Assembly (NCBI GenBank): GCA_029210645.1
Contig: JARGFT010000006.1
Coordinates: 25,061 to 89,060 of the forward strand
Origin: Anaerosomatales bacterium
Lineage (GTDB): Bacteria; Actinomycetota; Coriobacteriia; Anaerosomatales; SLCP01
Length of the DNA stretch: 64,000 nt
Direction: 5' to 3'
The notes beneath the pieces are model-generated. The model made no database searches. It was not told the DNA's origin and saw only the letters and a list, made by a program, of their open reading frames with translations. Positions 63,627 through 64,000 of this stretch are shown here, piece after piece. The translations under genes were made by a program, and so were the position numbers. The stretch's first letter is position 1. Every line of letters begins with the position of its first letter.

Positions 63627-64000
63627 CTACTCAGCCGAAGCGGTCTCCCCCAGGACGAAACGCTCGAACCGGACGATGTCGAGCTCGGCCCCCAGGGACT
63701 TGGCGGTGGCCTCGAGATACTGCTTGACGGTCACATCGGGATCCTTCACGAACGGCTGCTCCAGGAGACAGACCTCCTTGTAGTACTTCTCGAGACGACC
63801 GGTCGCGATCTTCTCCTGGATCTGCTCGGGCTTGCCCGACTCGGCAGCCTGGGCCTTGTAGATATCCATCTCGTGGTCGACGGTGGCCTGCGGGACCTCC
63901 TCACGGCGGACCGAGAGCGGGGCTGCTGCGGCTATCTGCATGGCGACGTCCTTGGCGAACGCGGCGAAGTCACCAGCGGCGGCAGCGTCCGGGGCCGACG
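63627..64000 (-). CDS. tsf: elongation factor Ts, C-terminal part (5' end beyond window)
   Basis: The frame is open upstream of the track ORF (…FAAFAKDVAMQIAAAAP). IQEKIATGRLEKYYKEVCLLEQPFVKD is typical EF-Ts. Confidence 0.9.
   Translation of the reverse strand, partial: SAPDAAAAGDFAAFAKDVAMQIAAAAPLSVRREEVPQATVDHEMDIYKAQAAESGKPEQIQEKIATGRLEKYYKEVCLLEQPFVKDPDVTVKQYLEATAKSLGAELDIVRFERFVLGETASAE

Noticed and set aside
1-64000. Search by eye for tRNA, rRNA, CRISPR arrays, IS elements, integrases, prophage, toxin-antitoxin or defence genes.
   Set aside because: Every spacer of 100 nt or more was inspected (8041-8302, 11085-11200, 15745-15863, 16269-16464, 26745-26852, 28383-28730, 41274-41421, 46913-47040, 47311-47448, 55058-55222, 56951-57050, 63495-63626). 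None has cloverleaf-like, regularly repeated or terminal-inverted-repeat structure, and all CDSs are housekeeping types. A tRNAscan, Infernal or defence-finder run would be the decisive check.

Overview
GC-rich chromosomal core segment (third codon positions are almost all G/C) from a Gram-positive-type genome, probably an anaerobic Actinomycetota-like organism. The lineage guess is inference. Region 1..8040 (+ strand) holds a Liv-type ABC importer with two tandem paralogous binding proteins. It is translationally coupled to a phenylacetate-CoA-ligase-family gene and followed by three small uncharacterised genes. In region 8303..64000 (about 56 kb) every gene except lexA is on the minus strand. 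Read from 64000 down to 8303 the order is tsf-pyrH-frr-uppS-cdsA-dxr-rseP-ispG-proS-rimP-nusA-ylxR-infB-rbfA-nrnA-truB-ribF-rpsO-pnp-M16 peptidase-dapB-lysC-dapA-rnj-uppP-ftsK-rodZ-like-yajQ-rimO-pgsA-cinA-thpR-recA-recX-rny-GHKL ATPase-spoVS-PHP-miaB-LigB/AMMECR1 fusion-miaA-dapF-dapL-hflX-(lexA, + strand)-LysM-nrdR-nrdD-redoxin-nrdG-dut-Nudix-purine permease-uracil permease. This matches the conserved actinobacterial tsf-to-nrdR backbone known from Mycobacterium and Streptomyces, in very compact form with many 4-nt ATGA/GTGA start/stop overlaps. A few Firmicute-like modules (rny, spoVS) are inserted into it. I saw no tRNA, rRNA, CRISPR array, transposase, integrase or recognisable defence or toxin gene, so most of the window is ordinary housekeeping DNA. 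Four things are worth a second look. (1) A promoter-to-terminator, multi-helix structured RNA of about 180 nt lies in the recX-rny spacer. (2) A LigB-like/AMMECR1 fusion gene is wedged between the tRNA-A37 modification genes miaB and miaA. (3) An orphan GHKL ATPase with an HTH-like segment lies between rny and spoVS. (4) Operator layouts are readable by eye: four phased LexA boxes, tandem NrdR boxes and a recA SOS box. Many long ORFs in the six-frame track are antisense shadows of real genes. Several real genes start well inside the listed ORF, and I re-derived those starts from the sequence.
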